Both the position numbers and the translations under genes were made by a program. A DNA stretch of 64,000 nucleotides. It comes from Elusimicrobiota bacterium (lineage in GTDB: Bacteria > Elusimicrobiota > Elusimicrobia > UBA1565). The notes beneath the pieces were generated by a model. That model saw only the letters and a list, made by a program, of their open reading frames with translations, was not told where the DNA came from and ran no database searches. Positions within the stretch are counted from its first letter, which is position 1, and each line of letters begins with the position of its first letter. Positions 17,465 to 27,044 of this stretch are shown here, in pieces. Location: the NCBI GenBank assembly GCA_041650695.1, contig JBAZKS010000026.1:1559-65558 (forward strand). The letters run 5' to 3'.

Positions 17465-20253
17465 GGGACCCGCAGGCTCTCCACGATCCTCTCCGCCCGT
17501 TTTCGTTCCCTCTCCTCCAGCGGGACGCCGGAGTACCTCTGCTTGTAGTGCAGCTGAGCCAGCTCCGGGAGTCCACCCTTCACCGCATCGGCGAACTCCC
17601 GCGGAGTCTGGGCCGGCAGGGGCGTCACCCCCCGCTTCTCCAGGATGCGCAGCGCCCGGCCCCAGAACCCCTTGGCCGCGGGCCTGCGCCGGCGCCAGGC
17701 CCAGGCCGCGGCCCAGGCAGCCGCTCCGGCCCCCCCCGCTCCCAAGGCCCATGGCCAGGCCCTCAGCCGGGACTTGAACGCGTCCGAGCCCAAGGACTCA
17801 TGGGCCCGATAGAACGTGTTCCTCTGCATGAACCGGTCGTAGCCGATCACGTGCCTGTACCAGCCCAGCTGCGCCGCGTCGAACCAGCGCAGGAGCTTGG
17901 AGCTCCAGCGGCGGTCCCCGGTCAGGCCCCCGGGCGGGGTGGCGTCGATGGGGATCCAGCCGGTCTGCGGCAGGTACGCTTCGGTCCAGGCGTGGGCGTC
18001 TCCTTGCCGCACGTCGTAGAACTCCCCGTACTCGTTCCAGTCCGAGGCGAGGAAGCCCGTGACGATGCGGGTCGGGATGCCGAGGGTCCGGAGCAGGACC
18101 GCCGCGGCCGTGGCGAAGTACTCGCAGTTGCCGTTCCGGCTCTTGAACAGGAAGCTGCCCAGGCCACGGTCCGGTTCGTCCGAGAACGTGCTGTAGGCGT
18201 AGCGCCTCTGCAGATAGCGCACCACGGACGCGATCTTCTCCTCCGGAGTGGACGCGCCCCGGGTCGCCTTGAGGGCGAGCTCGGGGATGCGGGGATCGAG
18301 CTCGGGCAGTTGGAGGAAGCGGCCCAGGAAACGGTCGTATCCCGCGATGCCCGCGCTCATGGGCACGGCTCCGGAGGCGTCCCCGACCACGCGGTAGCGC
18401 ACCATGGCCAGGGCCGGAGCCGCGAAGTAGACCGTGTCCGTGTAGTCGAAATAGGCCGCCCGGTCCGTCTCCTCCACGGAGCTCAGGCCGTCGGCCGTGA
18501 ATAGCACCGCGGAGTTGAGCGGCAGCAGCGTGAACTCGGTCACCGGCCCGGCCTCCCGGGCGCCGGGGAATACGAGGTCCCCTTTCCGGCGCGGGGCCCA
18601 GGCGCGGCCCTTGTCCGTATGGTACGTGCGTCCGCGGACCCCGTAGGAGAAGTCCAGGCGCCCTTTGGACCAGCGCTTGCCGTCGAATCGGTCCAGGCTG
18701 CACCCCCGCACGCGCAGCGGGGCGCTCCGCGGGCCTTGCGGCACGATGGGCCGCACGCGCATGACGCGGGCGCTGGACTTCCGGATGCGGCCGAAGAAGC
18801 CGAGGCTCACGTTTTCGGTGAAGCCGGTGACGAAGCCCCGCGAGGGGGCGCGTTTGTCCAGGCCCATGGCCACGAACGGGTTCATGCGGCGGAAGGGCTC
18901 GAATCGGGGGGTGCTCGCGAAGAGGACGGAGGTGAGCAACAGGCCTGCGGCGAGGGACTTCGCCGGGACCCGCCCTCCCGCGAGCCATCCGGCTCCGGCC
19001 GCGGCGAAGAGCACGAAGGACAGGAAGTACCAGAGGCTGATGGTCTGGCCGGAGATGAGGAAGAAAACGAGGAAAAGGACCAGGGCGAGCTGACGCATCC
19101 GCTTCGGGTCCTTGGGGTTCAGGAGCAGGTCCGCCAGCAGGAAGAGCAGCAGGTGCGTGTTCGCCAGGGTGACCCCGCTCGCGCGCCAGCCGATGAGGAG
19201 GACGTAGCCGAGCATGAGCCAGGAGGCCGGGGTCCAGAAGGCGTTGGGCAGCAGGGGCTTCGCCCCGTGGTCCGTGCGCCATGCCGCGGCGAGCACGGGC
19301 GCGCAGGCCAGGAGCCAGGCCGGGCGGATCTCGTCGATGAGCGGCAGGGAGGCGCACACCAAGGCCGCCCAGGCGTAGGTCCAGCCCAGCAGGACTTCCC
19401 CGTGGACGGGTTCCGGGGATGGCGCGGCCGGGCCCGGCGCGGGCCGAGGGACCTTCCCCGGGCCCAAGCGGGCCAGGGCCCGGAGCAGGCGGTCGAGGTG
19501 GAGCAGGCCCTTGCCGTAGTCCACGTTCCCTTCGGGGGTGATGAGGCGCACCTGTGCCCCGCGGTCGAGGTAGTGCTTGCACGCGCTCGCGCTCTCCAGG
19601 ATCGCGTGCTCGGCCGAGCCGGGGACGCGGACCGTGACCTTCGTCCCGACCGGCGAGGCGTACTCGTTGACCAGGGTGCGGCCGGTCCGGGCCGTGAGCT
19701 TCCAGTTGATGAGCCTGGAGTCGTCGCCGGGCTCGTAGTCCCGGATGCCGAAGAGGTCGTCGCCCGCACCTTTGCTCGGTCTGAGGCTCCCGCTCGCGCT
19801 TACGTCCGCGTCGAGCTCCGCCGCGGAGCGGGTCTCGCGCGGCCTGGGAAGGGCGAGCCCGACCGCGTCGCGCATGCGTCTTCGCAGGCGCAGGAGCCCG
19901 AACGGAGCCTCGGTCTCCAGGAAGAGGTCTTCGAGCCTGTTGAGACCGCGGTGCGGGAGCACGCCGCGCAGCTCCTCGGTCCCGCGCTCCTCTCCCCAGA
20001 CCACCCGGACCAGCCTCCTTCTCTTCAGCCGGACGCGCAGGACGGAGCGGCTTCCCTGGAAGGCCTGCTCCGGGAACTCCACCGAAGCCCCGGCCCAGCG
20101 GAGCTCGCGCCAGGCCGCCGCGGCCGACACGATCATGCAGGATAGGAGCAGGCTGTACAGGAGGTAGAGCAAGTTGTTTCCGCTGGCCAGGGCGGCCAGC
20201 AGGGTCAGCAGGCAGAGCCATAGGACCGCGCGTCCGGTCCGCGTGAGGGTCAC
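17461..20253 (-). CDS. DUF58 fused to a transglutaminase-like domain protein (partner of a MoxR system)
   Basis: N-terminal DUF58 motif (DLFGIRDYEPGDDSRLINWKLTARTGRTLVNEY). Multi-TM middle region. Transglutaminase core with the catalytic Cys (NGNCEYFATAAAVLLRTLGIPTRIVTGF). Overlaps the MoxR gene by 4 nt. Confidence 0.65.
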   Translation of the reverse strand: MTLTRTGRAVLWLCLLTLLAALASGNNLLYLLYSLLLSCMIVSAAAAWRELRWAGASVEFPEQAFQGSRSVLRVRLKRRRLVRVVWGEERGTEELRGVLPHRGLNRLEDLFLETEAPFGLLRLRRRMRDAVGLALPRPRETRSAAELDADVSASGSLRPSKGAGDDLFGIRDYEPGDDSRLINWKLTARTGRTLVNEYASPVGTKVTVRVPGSAEHAILESASACKHYLDRGAQVRLITPEGNVDYGKGLLHLDRLLRALARLGPGKVPRPAPGPAAPSPEPVHGEVLLGWTYAWAALVCASLPLIDEIRPAWLLACAPVLAAAWRTDHGAKPLLPNAFWTPASWLMLGYVLLIGWRASGVTLANTHLLLFLLADLLLNPKDPKRMRQLALVLFLVFFLISGQTISLWYFLSFVLFAAAGAGWLAGGRVPAKSLAAGLLLTSVLFASTPRFEPFRRMNPFVAMGLDKRAPSRGFVTGFTENVSLGFFGRIRKSSARVMRVRPIVPQGPRSAPLRVRGCSLDRFDGKRWSKGRLDFSYGVRGRTYHTDKGRAWAPRRKGDLVFPGAREAGPVTEFTLLPLNSAVLFTADGLSSVEETDRAAYFDYTDTVYFAAPALAMVRYRVVGDASGAVPMSAGIAGYDRFLGRFLQLPELDPRIPELALKATRGASTPEEKIASVVRYLQRRYAYSTFSDEPDRGLGSFLFKSRNGNCEYFATAAAVLLRTLGIPTRIVTGFLASDWNEYGEFYDVRQGDAHAWTEAYLPQTGWIPIDATPPGGLTGDRRWSSKLLRWFDAAQLGWYRHVIGYDRFMQRNTFYRAHESLGSDAFKSRLRAWPWALGAGGAGAAAWAAAWAWRRRRPAAKGFWGRALRILEKRGVTPLPAQTPREFADAVKGGLPELAQLHYKQRYSGVPLEERERKRAERIVESLRVP

Positions 20254-21221
20254 AGCGGGACAGGCACTTCCTGCAGGACCTGCAGCACGAAGCGCTCGGA
20301 CTCCGTCACCTTGGCCATGCCGTACTGCGCGCTGTCCAGGACCACGCGGTGCCCGATGACGGGGACGGCGACGCGCTTGATGTCGTCCGGGACGCAGTAG
20401 TCGCGTCCGCTGATGAGCGCGAAAGCCTTGGCCGCCCGGCAGAGGGCCTGGCTGCCCCGGGGGCTCAGTCCCAGCTTGACCGCGGCGGAGGCGCGGGTGT
20501 GGTTCGCGATGGCCACCACGTAGCCCACGAGGCTCTCCTCCATCCGCACCCCTTCCACCTGCTTCTGGAGGGCGAGGAGCTCCGACATGCTGAGCGTCGG
20601 CTCCACCGCCTTGAGCCGCTCCGGAAGGTCCCCGCCCTGCACCACGCGGCGCTCGTCCTCCGGGGAGGGATAGCCGATCTGGACCCGGGCCAAAAACCGG
20701 TCGAGCTGGGCCTCGGGCAGGGGGAAGGTCCCGTGGTACTCCACCGGGTTCTCCGTGGCGATGACGAAGAACGGCTCGTCGAGAGGGTAGGTCCTGCCGT
20801 CGATGGACACCTGCCGCTCGTTCATGGCTTCCAGCAGGGCGGACTGGGTCTTCGGCGTGGAGCGGTTGATCTCGTCGGCGAGCACCACGTTGCTGAAGAT
20901 GGGGCCGGGCCGGAAATCGAAGCGGCCCTCCTTCTGGCTGAAGACGCTCAAGCCGAGGATGTCGGACGGGAGCAGGTCGTTGGTGAACTGGATGCGCTTG
21001 AACGAGGCCGAGAGCGAGCGCGCCAGGGCCAGGCCCAGGAGAGTCTTGCCGATGCCGGGGACGTCCTCGATGAGCAGATGCCCCCTGGCCACGAGCGTCA
21101 CCAGGGTCATCAGGACGGCCTCTTCCTTTCCCACGAGGGCCTTGTTCATCCCCTCCAGGAGCTTCGCGACCGAGTCTTTGGCGAGCGTGGACATACGGGC
21201 TTGATTTCTTAACAACACCAT
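20250..21221 (-). CDS. MoxR-family AAA+ ATPase
   Basis: Walker A (GIGKT), Walker B (VLADEINR) and the MoxR-typical C-terminal region. Confidence 0.8.
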   Translation of the reverse strand: MVLLRNQARMSTLAKDSVAKLLEGMNKALVGKEEAVLMTLVTLVARGHLLIEDVPGIGKTLLGLALARSLSASFKRIQFTNDLLPSDILGLSVFSQKEGRFDFRPGPIFSNVVLADEINRSTPKTQSALLEAMNERQVSIDGRTYPLDEPFFVIATENPVEYHGTFPLPEAQLDRFLARVQIGYPSPEDERRVVQGGDLPERLKAVEPTLSMSELLALQKQVEGVRMEESLVGYVVAIANHTRASAAVKLGLSPRGSQALCRAAKAFALISGRDYCVPDDIKRVAVPVIGHRVVLDSAQYGMAKVTESERFVLQVLQEVPVPL

Positions 21222-21234
21222 GTTACCTTAATTC

Positions 21235-21792
21235 ATGATGGGCTTGCGCGTCCTCGTCATCGGCCTGCTCTGCCTGCTCCTCAACGGCGTCGCTTTCTGC
21301 CAGGACGACGAGAGCGTCGCAGGAGAGGCGTCCATGGGTTCCGAAGAAGAGGAGGCCGCGCCTGCCGAGGAGTCCCCTTCAGAGGAAGGCGGCGGCGAAG
21401 AGGCTGGCCAGCCTCAGGGAGAGGGATCCGCCCCGCCTGAGGGCGAGGAGGCCGCTCAGCCTCCCGCCTCGAACAACGAAACGTCCGAGATATCCATCAC
21501 GTCCGCCGAGGAAGAGGCGGAGGCCGCCGCCTCCGATCCCACCCCGGAGGAGTCGCGTCAGCCCCGGGCCAAGCCGCGGCCTGAACCGGCCAAGAACGAC
21601 GCTCCTCCCAAGAAAGTGAAGTCCCGCGTCCGGCGCAAGGTCGCGGGGGGCGAGACGCCTGCGGCGGAGACGCCGCCTCCCCCGTCGCCGAGGAAGAAGC
21701 CCGCGCCCAAGGCCCCCGAGAAGCCGGACACGCGGAATGTCAAGCTCTTCCCCGCGGTGCCGCTGACTCCGCTGAGCCCTGCCTATCCGTAG
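21235..21792 (+). CDS. Secreted acidic, Pro/Glu-rich low-complexity protein
   Basis: Signal peptide, then a region rich in E, P and A and basic PKKxK stretches. Confidence 0.35.
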   Translation: MMGLRVLVIGLLCLLLNGVAFCQDDESVAGEASMGSEEEEAAPAEESPSEEGGGEEAGQPQGEGSAPPEGEEAAQPPASNNETSEISITSAEEEAEAAASDPTPEESRQPRAKPRPEPAKNDAPPKKVKSRVRRKVAGGETPAAETPPPPSPRKKPAPKAPEKPDTRNVKLFPAVPLTPLSPAYP

Positions 21793-21795
21793 AAG

Positions 21796-22530
21796 CTAAA
21801 AGACGGCTTCCACGCTGTCGGTCGGGACCCAGCCCTTGAGTCCTTCCTTCATCACTCCGATCTCGACGAAGCCGTTGCGGGTCTCCAGGCGGGAGACGAT
21901 GCGGCCTTCCGGCAGCTTGAAGGAGACCGCGAAGTTCCCCCCCGGACCGCTTCGCGCCTCGCACTCGGACACGATGACCCCGGCCGAGGGGATCGCCGCG
22001 GTCTTCCGCATGCCCCACCACGCGCCGCACGACAGCCAGAAAACGGCCGCGGCCGTGAGCCAGGGGCGCAATCCCTCTCGCCGGCGGTCCCACAGGAGGA
22101 AGGCGGAGCCGAGCAGGCAGGAGAGCCAGAAGCCGAGCCAGTGGGAGAAGGCCAGCTCCTCATCGCTCAGGAGGTGGAAGAGGCTGAACAGGGAGGGCGG
22201 CATGCCGGCCGGGATGAGAGTCTCGCCGGCCCGCCCCAGGGCGAATTCGAGGTTGTGGCGGATGTCCGGGTCCCGGGGCCGGATGGAGAAGGCCCTTTCG
22301 TAGGAGGCGATGGCCCGGCCCAAGCTTCCGGGGGTGTTGATCCGGAAGTAGGCGTTGCCGAGGTTGTAGTGCAGGACCGCGCTGTGGGGGCGCTCCGACC
22401 GCAGGCGTTCGTACTGGGCCGCCGCTTCCGCGAACCGGGAGCCTTCGTAGAGCTTGTTGGCTCCCTGGAACGCGGTCTCGAAATCAGCGGCGCAGGACAT
22501 CGTCGCCAGCAGAAGGACGGTGAGCGTCAT
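21796..22530 (-). CDS. BatE-like protein (TPR plus C-terminal SH3b-like domain)
   Basis: TPR repeats at the N-terminus, TM helices, and an SH3b-like C-terminus. It is the last gene of a Bat-type operon. Confidence 0.5.
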   Translation of the reverse strand: MTLTVLLLATMSCAADFETAFQGANKLYEGSRFAEAAAQYERLRSERPHSAVLHYNLGNAYFRINTPGSLGRAIASYERAFSIRPRDPDIRHNLEFALGRAGETLIPAGMPPSLFSLFHLLSDEELAFSHWLGFWLSCLLGSAFLLWDRRREGLRPWLTAAAVFWLSCGAWWGMRKTAAIPSAGVIVSECEARSGPGGNFAVSFKLPEGRIVSRLETRNGFVEIGVMKEGLKGWVPTDSVEAVF

Positions 22531-24383
22531 GCGTGCAGCTCCTCGTCGAGGGCTTTGAGCAGCTCCTTGACCCCGTCCGCCAGGTGGGCGGTCTGCTCCT
22601 CCTGGGCTCCTTTCGGGGCGAAGCGGAACATCTCAAGCTCCTCCCACAGGATGCGCAGCTGCCCCAGATGCCCCTCCGGGAGCTTCGGATACTTCTCCCG
22701 CAGGCTGCGCCCGGCCTCGCGCAGGGTCAGGCCGGAGGCCGGCTGGTTGAGTTTGTCCGCCACGAAATTGGACAGGGCCTCGAAGAGCCCGGCCGCGGTC
22801 TCCTCGGGGGACCCGGCGCCGCGCACGTCCTTGATGCGGGACATGGCCTTGGCCAGAGCGCCCTTGGAACGCGCTCCGGCCGGGTCGTTGAGCAGCACGT
22901 TGCGGTACGCCGCGCCCGCCAGACTCAGGAGGAAGACCGTCAGCGGGATGAGGTGCAGCCAGAGGCGGCTGAACGAACCGAGGCAGAGGCGCTGGGCCAG
23001 GGGGTCGTCGGCCGCGATCTTGAGATAACGGATGTCCGCCGCGACCCGCGTGATCTCCCCTCCGCCGGCGATGGGGCCGGCCTGGAACGCGACCGGAGAG
23101 GTCCCTCCGGCGCCGGTTTGGGCCGGAGCCACCTTCACGCGCAGGATGTTCGTCTGGATGCGCTCGTAGCGCTTCGTCGTCGGGTCGAAATAGTTGAACT
23201 GGATGGGAGGGATCTCGAGAAGGCCCGAGGCGCGCGGGACCAGGACGGTCTTGAAGGTCTTGACCCCCCGGACCCCCTGCACATCCTTGGAGGTGCTCAG
23301 AGTGCTGACCGTGTCGTAGGGGCGGAAGGACGGCATCTCGGGGAGCGGGACGGCGCTGAGCGATTTCAGGTTGCCGTCCCCCTCCAGGACCAGACTGAGC
23401 GTGATCGCGTCGCCCACATTGGCCTGGCCCTTGTCCACGTCGGCCTTGATGCGGAAGCGCCCGACCGCGCCGGTGAAGCTTTGAGGCTTGCCTTCCTCCG
23501 GCAGGGGCTGGGCCGTGATCCTCGTCGGGTTCGTGCGGAGCTCGCGGGTGACCGCGCCCACCACTCCTTGGGAGAAGAACTGCTCGAAGAAGTCCGACGA
23601 GAACGGGTCCACCCGCATCTCCTTCTGCACCTGGCAGCGGATCTGCGTGGGCCCGATGGTGAGCTCTCCGGGCTGTATGGGGAACAGGACGATCTTGATC
23701 TCCGTCACGTAGTAGACCCGTCCTTCGCGCGTGACGAGGGTCGCGGGAGCCGGAGGAAGGTCCTCCTTCAGGAAACCCTGCGTGACCGGCGGGTCCCATT
23801 CCGCGTTGCCGAGCAGGGGCACGGCGTAGTGGAAGCGCACGGTCATGAGCATCTGCTCGTTCACGTACGGATTGCGCTTGTTCACCTCGGCCGTAACGAA
23901 GATGTCCGGGCCCGAGCCCGTCTGGCTCCCGGACGGCTGCGGGGCCTGTCGGGGCCGGGGCCGCGCTGCGGTCGGCCGCGTCGGCTGCGGGGAGGCCGCG
24001 GCGGACGGCCGCAGCACGCTGATCTCGATCGGATCGGTGCTGACCTTTTTGCCCCCGGATTGCGCCTCGATGGGGCCGATGACCGCGTTGCCGATGAGGC
24101 GCGGGACGAGGATGAAGCGGTGCTCCACCGTGCTCGATACGCGGTTGTTGATGAAGGATAGGTTCTGGCTCCGGCCCACGGAATGCACGTTGAAGTTGGG
24201 CATCGACGGCAGGCGCGGGTCGGGCAGGCTGGGCTGGTCTCCGGAAACGGCGACCGTGAGCACGACCTGCTCGTTGAGCGGCACGGTCTGCCGGTCGACG
24301 GATGCCGTGATCGAGAACTGCTGGGCGAAAGCCTGCGTCTGCGCGGTCCACAGCATCATGAGGAGCGCGCTGACGCAGGTCAC
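22527..24383 (-). CDS. BatD-like protein
   Basis: 618 aa with a signal peptide, a large beta-rich periplasmic region and a C-terminal TM. It sits at the BatD position of the operon. Confidence 0.5.
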   Translation of the reverse strand: MTCVSALLMMLWTAQTQAFAQQFSITASVDRQTVPLNEQVVLTVAVSGDQPSLPDPRLPSMPNFNVHSVGRSQNLSFINNRVSSTVEHRFILVPRLIGNAVIGPIEAQSGGKKVSTDPIEISVLRPSAAASPQPTRPTAARPRPRQAPQPSGSQTGSGPDIFVTAEVNKRNPYVNEQMLMTVRFHYAVPLLGNAEWDPPVTQGFLKEDLPPAPATLVTREGRVYYVTEIKIVLFPIQPGELTIGPTQIRCQVQKEMRVDPFSSDFFEQFFSQGVVGAVTRELRTNPTRITAQPLPEEGKPQSFTGAVGRFRIKADVDKGQANVGDAITLSLVLEGDGNLKSLSAVPLPEMPSFRPYDTVSTLSTSKDVQGVRGVKTFKTVLVPRASGLLEIPPIQFNYFDPTTKRYERIQTNILRVKVAPAQTGAGGTSPVAFQAGPIAGGGEITRVAADIRYLKIAADDPLAQRLCLGSFSRLWLHLIPLTVFLLSLAGAAYRNVLLNDPAGARSKGALAKAMSRIKDVRGAGSPEETAAGLFEALSNFVADKLNQPASGLTLREAGRSLREKYPKLPEGHLGQLRILWEELEMFRFAPKGAQEEQTAHLADGVKELLKALDEELHA

Positions 24384-26044
24384 CAGTCCGCCTCCGGCTG
24401 CGACTCCGGCGAGGGTTGCTTCTGCGCGGGCTGGTTCTTCTCGGCGCTGCGTTCCTTCTCCTGCACCGCCTGGAGGATGCGGTCCGCGTCCTCCTTGGAC
24501 ATCCCGCCCTGCCCCTGCTTCGGGTCGTTCTGCTTGGGCTCGGGCTTGGGTTTGGAGGGCGTCTCGTCCTTATCCTTGTTCTGCTGGCTCGACGAATCCT
24601 TGCTCCGGCTCTTGCCCTTGGGCGGGCGCAGGGCCAGCACCAGGTTGTGGCGGCAGTCCTCGTCTTTCGGGTCCAGGAGCAGGCAGCGCTTGTACGCCTG
24701 GACGGCTTCGGGAAGGCGTTCCTTCCGGAAGAGCGAGTTGCCCAGGTTGTAGTAGGCCTTGGGCAGGAAGCCCGAAGGGGCGCGCGCAGCGGCCGTGCTC
24801 CGCAAGAGCTCGTCGTAGATCCCCTGCGCCCCTTCGAAGTCCCCCAGCTTGTAGTGAGCGGCCCCCCTGTTGAAGACCGTCTTGGGGTCCTTGGGATCCG
24901 CTTTCTCGTAATGCTTGAGCGCCTCTCCGTACTGTTCCTTCTTGTAGTCGCGGTTCCCGCGCATGAGCTTCGAATCGGAGCAGCCGGCGAAGAGGAGGCA
25001 GAGGAGCGCGCCGGCCGGCAGCAGGCGCTTGAGGAGCGGCCGGGCCGCCCGGGTCTCGCCGAGCAGCATCTCCACGAGCAGCAGCAGCAGGGCCAGGCAT
25101 AGGGGGGCGCGGAACCGGTTCTTGTAGCGGTTCGCCGACCCGGAGGTCATGTCGGACTTGTCCATCTCCATGATCCTGCGCAGGAGCGCGCTGACCTCGC
25201 TTTCATCCGGGCTCGCCCGGAAGTACGCCCCTCCGGACGCGGACGCGAGCGCGATGAGCCCGTTCTCGCCCAGCCGGCTCACCACCGTGCTTCCCTTGGT
25301 ATCCTTCTTATAGCCCACGGTCTTCCCGTTATCGTCCAGGACCGGGATGGGCGCTCCTTCCAGGGTGCCGATCCCGATGATGAAGAGGCTCACCCCCTCC
25401 TGGGCCGCTTCCTGGGCCGCGCTCTCGGGCTGGCTCTGATGGTCCTCCCCGTCCGTGAGCAGGACCAGCGCCTTGTGGCCCGGATATTTCCGCAGGAGCC
25501 GCGTCCCGAGGCGGATGGCCTTGCCGATGGCCGTCCCGGGTTGCGGGACCATGCCGGCCCGCATGCGGCGCAGCAGGGACTTGGCCGCCTCGATGTCCGT
25601 AGTCAAGGGACATTGTATGTAAGCCTCGCCCGCGAAAGCCAGCAGGCCCACGCGCTCCCCCTTGAGCCCGTCGATGATCGCGGAGAGGAGGCTCTTGGCT
25701 TTCTGCATGCGGTCCGGCGGGAGGTCCTCGGCGAGCATGGAGAGCGACGTGTCCACGGCGATGACGACCTGGGTCCCCTTGGCCCGGGTGGTCACCAGTT
25801 CGATGCCCCATTGAGGCGCGGCGAGGGCCACGAGGAGCATGCCGACGCAGCCGACGCGCAGGAGCAGCTTCCTGCGCCGCGACTCGAGGGCCTCGGTCGG
25901 GAAGAGGCGCGGGAGCAGTTCGGCGCTGGCGAAGAGGGCGGCGAACGCGCGCCTGCGTCTCTCGGCCCAAAGCCCCAAGCCCAGCGTCCCCGCCGCGGCC
26001 AGCACGGCCCAGAGCAGATAGAGAGGATGGCGGAAGAGTCCCAT
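24380..26044 (-). CDS. BatB/BatC-like protein (vWA domain plus TPR, Lys/Gln-rich tail)
   Basis: vWA MIDAS motif (DTSLSM), TPR repeats, and a basic low-complexity tail at the C-terminus. Confidence 0.6.
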   Translation of the reverse strand: MGLFRHPLYLLWAVLAAAGTLGLGLWAERRRRAFAALFASAELLPRLFPTEALESRRRKLLLRVGCVGMLLVALAAPQWGIELVTTRAKGTQVVIAVDTSLSMLAEDLPPDRMQKAKSLLSAIIDGLKGERVGLLAFAGEAYIQCPLTTDIEAAKSLLRRMRAGMVPQPGTAIGKAIRLGTRLLRKYPGHKALVLLTDGEDHQSQPESAAQEAAQEGVSLFIIGIGTLEGAPIPVLDDNGKTVGYKKDTKGSTVVSRLGENGLIALASASGGAYFRASPDESEVSALLRRIMEMDKSDMTSGSANRYKNRFRAPLCLALLLLLVEMLLGETRAARPLLKRLLPAGALLCLLFAGCSDSKLMRGNRDYKKEQYGEALKHYEKADPKDPKTVFNRGAAHYKLGDFEGAQGIYDELLRSTAAARAPSGFLPKAYYNLGNSLFRKERLPEAVQAYKRCLLLDPKDEDCRHNLVLALRPPKGKSRSKDSSSQQNKDKDETPSKPKPEPKQNDPKQGQGGMSKEDADRILQAVQEKERSAEKNQPAQKQPSPESQPEADW

Positions 26045-26051
26045 GGCTAGC

Positions 26052-27044
26052 TCACGGTATCCTCATGAGCCAAGTGGCGCCCAGCGCCATCTCCGCGAGG
26101 AGCAGCAGGAGGGCCGGGACGAGCAGCCAGGGATAATGGTCCTTGTAGGACACGATCTCCGGCTGCTCGAATTTCGTCTTCTCCAGGCGGTCGATCTCCG
26201 CGTAGACGGAGGAGAGTTCCCGGAGGTTGGTGGCGCGGAAGTACTTCCCGTCCGTCTCCGCCGCGACTTTGAGCAGGGTGTCCTCGTCGAGCTGGTCCGG
26301 GATCACCTGGAAGCGCCTCCCGAACACCGGGTCGTCCACCGGGATGCGCGCCTCCCCCCTCGCTCCGGTGCCGATCGCGTAGACCTTGATCCCGAATGAC
26401 TTGGCCGCTTTCGCCGCGGTGAACGGGTCCACGGAGTCCACGTTGCTGGCCCCGTCCGTCAGGAGGATGGCGACCTTGCTCTTCGCCGGGCCGTCCTTGA
26501 GGTGGTTGACGGCGGAGGCGATGCCGTCGCCTATGGCCGTGCCCTGGGTCATGGTCATGCCGGCGTCGACGTTGTCGAGGAACTCGTAGAGGGCCTCGTA
26601 GTCAAGAGTGAGCGGGCAGGTAAGCACGGGCGCGCCCGCGAAGACCAGGATGCCGATGCGGTCCGAGATGCGCCCCTTGAGGAACTCCCGGGCCGCGCTC
26701 TTCGCGGCCGACATGCGGTCGAGCGGGTCGAAGTCCAGGGCCCGCATGCTCAGCGAGGTGTCCAGCACCATCATGATGTCGATGCCTTCGGTCGGACCGG
26801 CGGATTCGCGCGACACGGATTGGGGGCGCGCCAAGCCCAGGACCATGAGCACGGCCGCCGCTCCGGCGAGCCCGCCGGGGACCCAGCGCACGAGCGCACG
26901 GGCGCTCCGCGAGGAGCGCGGCAGGCTGCTCGCGTCCGGGAACGTCATCGCCGCTCCGCGCTTCTCCGAAAGGTAGACCGCGTAGATGGCCGCGCCGACG
27001 GCGGGGAGGAGCGCGAGTAGCCAGAGAGGGTGTTCGAGCCTCAT
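26052..27044 (-). CDS. BatA-like vWA-domain membrane protein
   Basis: N-terminal TMs, vWA MIDAS motif (DTSLSM...TDGASN), C-terminal TM. Confidence 0.65.
   Translation of the reverse strand: MRLEHPLWLLALLPAVGAAIYAVYLSEKRGAAMTFPDASSLPRSSRSARALVRWVPGGLAGAAAVLMVLGLARPQSVSRESAGPTEGIDIMMVLDTSLSMRALDFDPLDRMSAAKSAAREFLKGRISDRIGILVFAGAPVLTCPLTLDYEALYEFLDNVDAGMTMTQGTAIGDGIASAVNHLKDGPAKSKVAILLTDGASNVDSVDPFTAAKAAKSFGIKVYAIGTGARGEARIPVDDPVFGRRFQVIPDQLDEDTLLKVAAETDGKYFRATNLRELSSVYAEIDRLEKTKFEQPEIVSYKDHYPWLLVPALLLLLAEMALGATWLMRIP

Noticed and set aside
17798-20221. 807-aa ORF, and similar long ORFs (13207..14283, 22633..24351, 37764..39329, 5384..6754, 49427..52336 and others)
   Set aside because: They are Arg/Pro/Gly-rich with no domain-like segments and lie in alternate frames or antisense to well-supported genes. 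This is the usual open-frame artefact of high-GC DNA.
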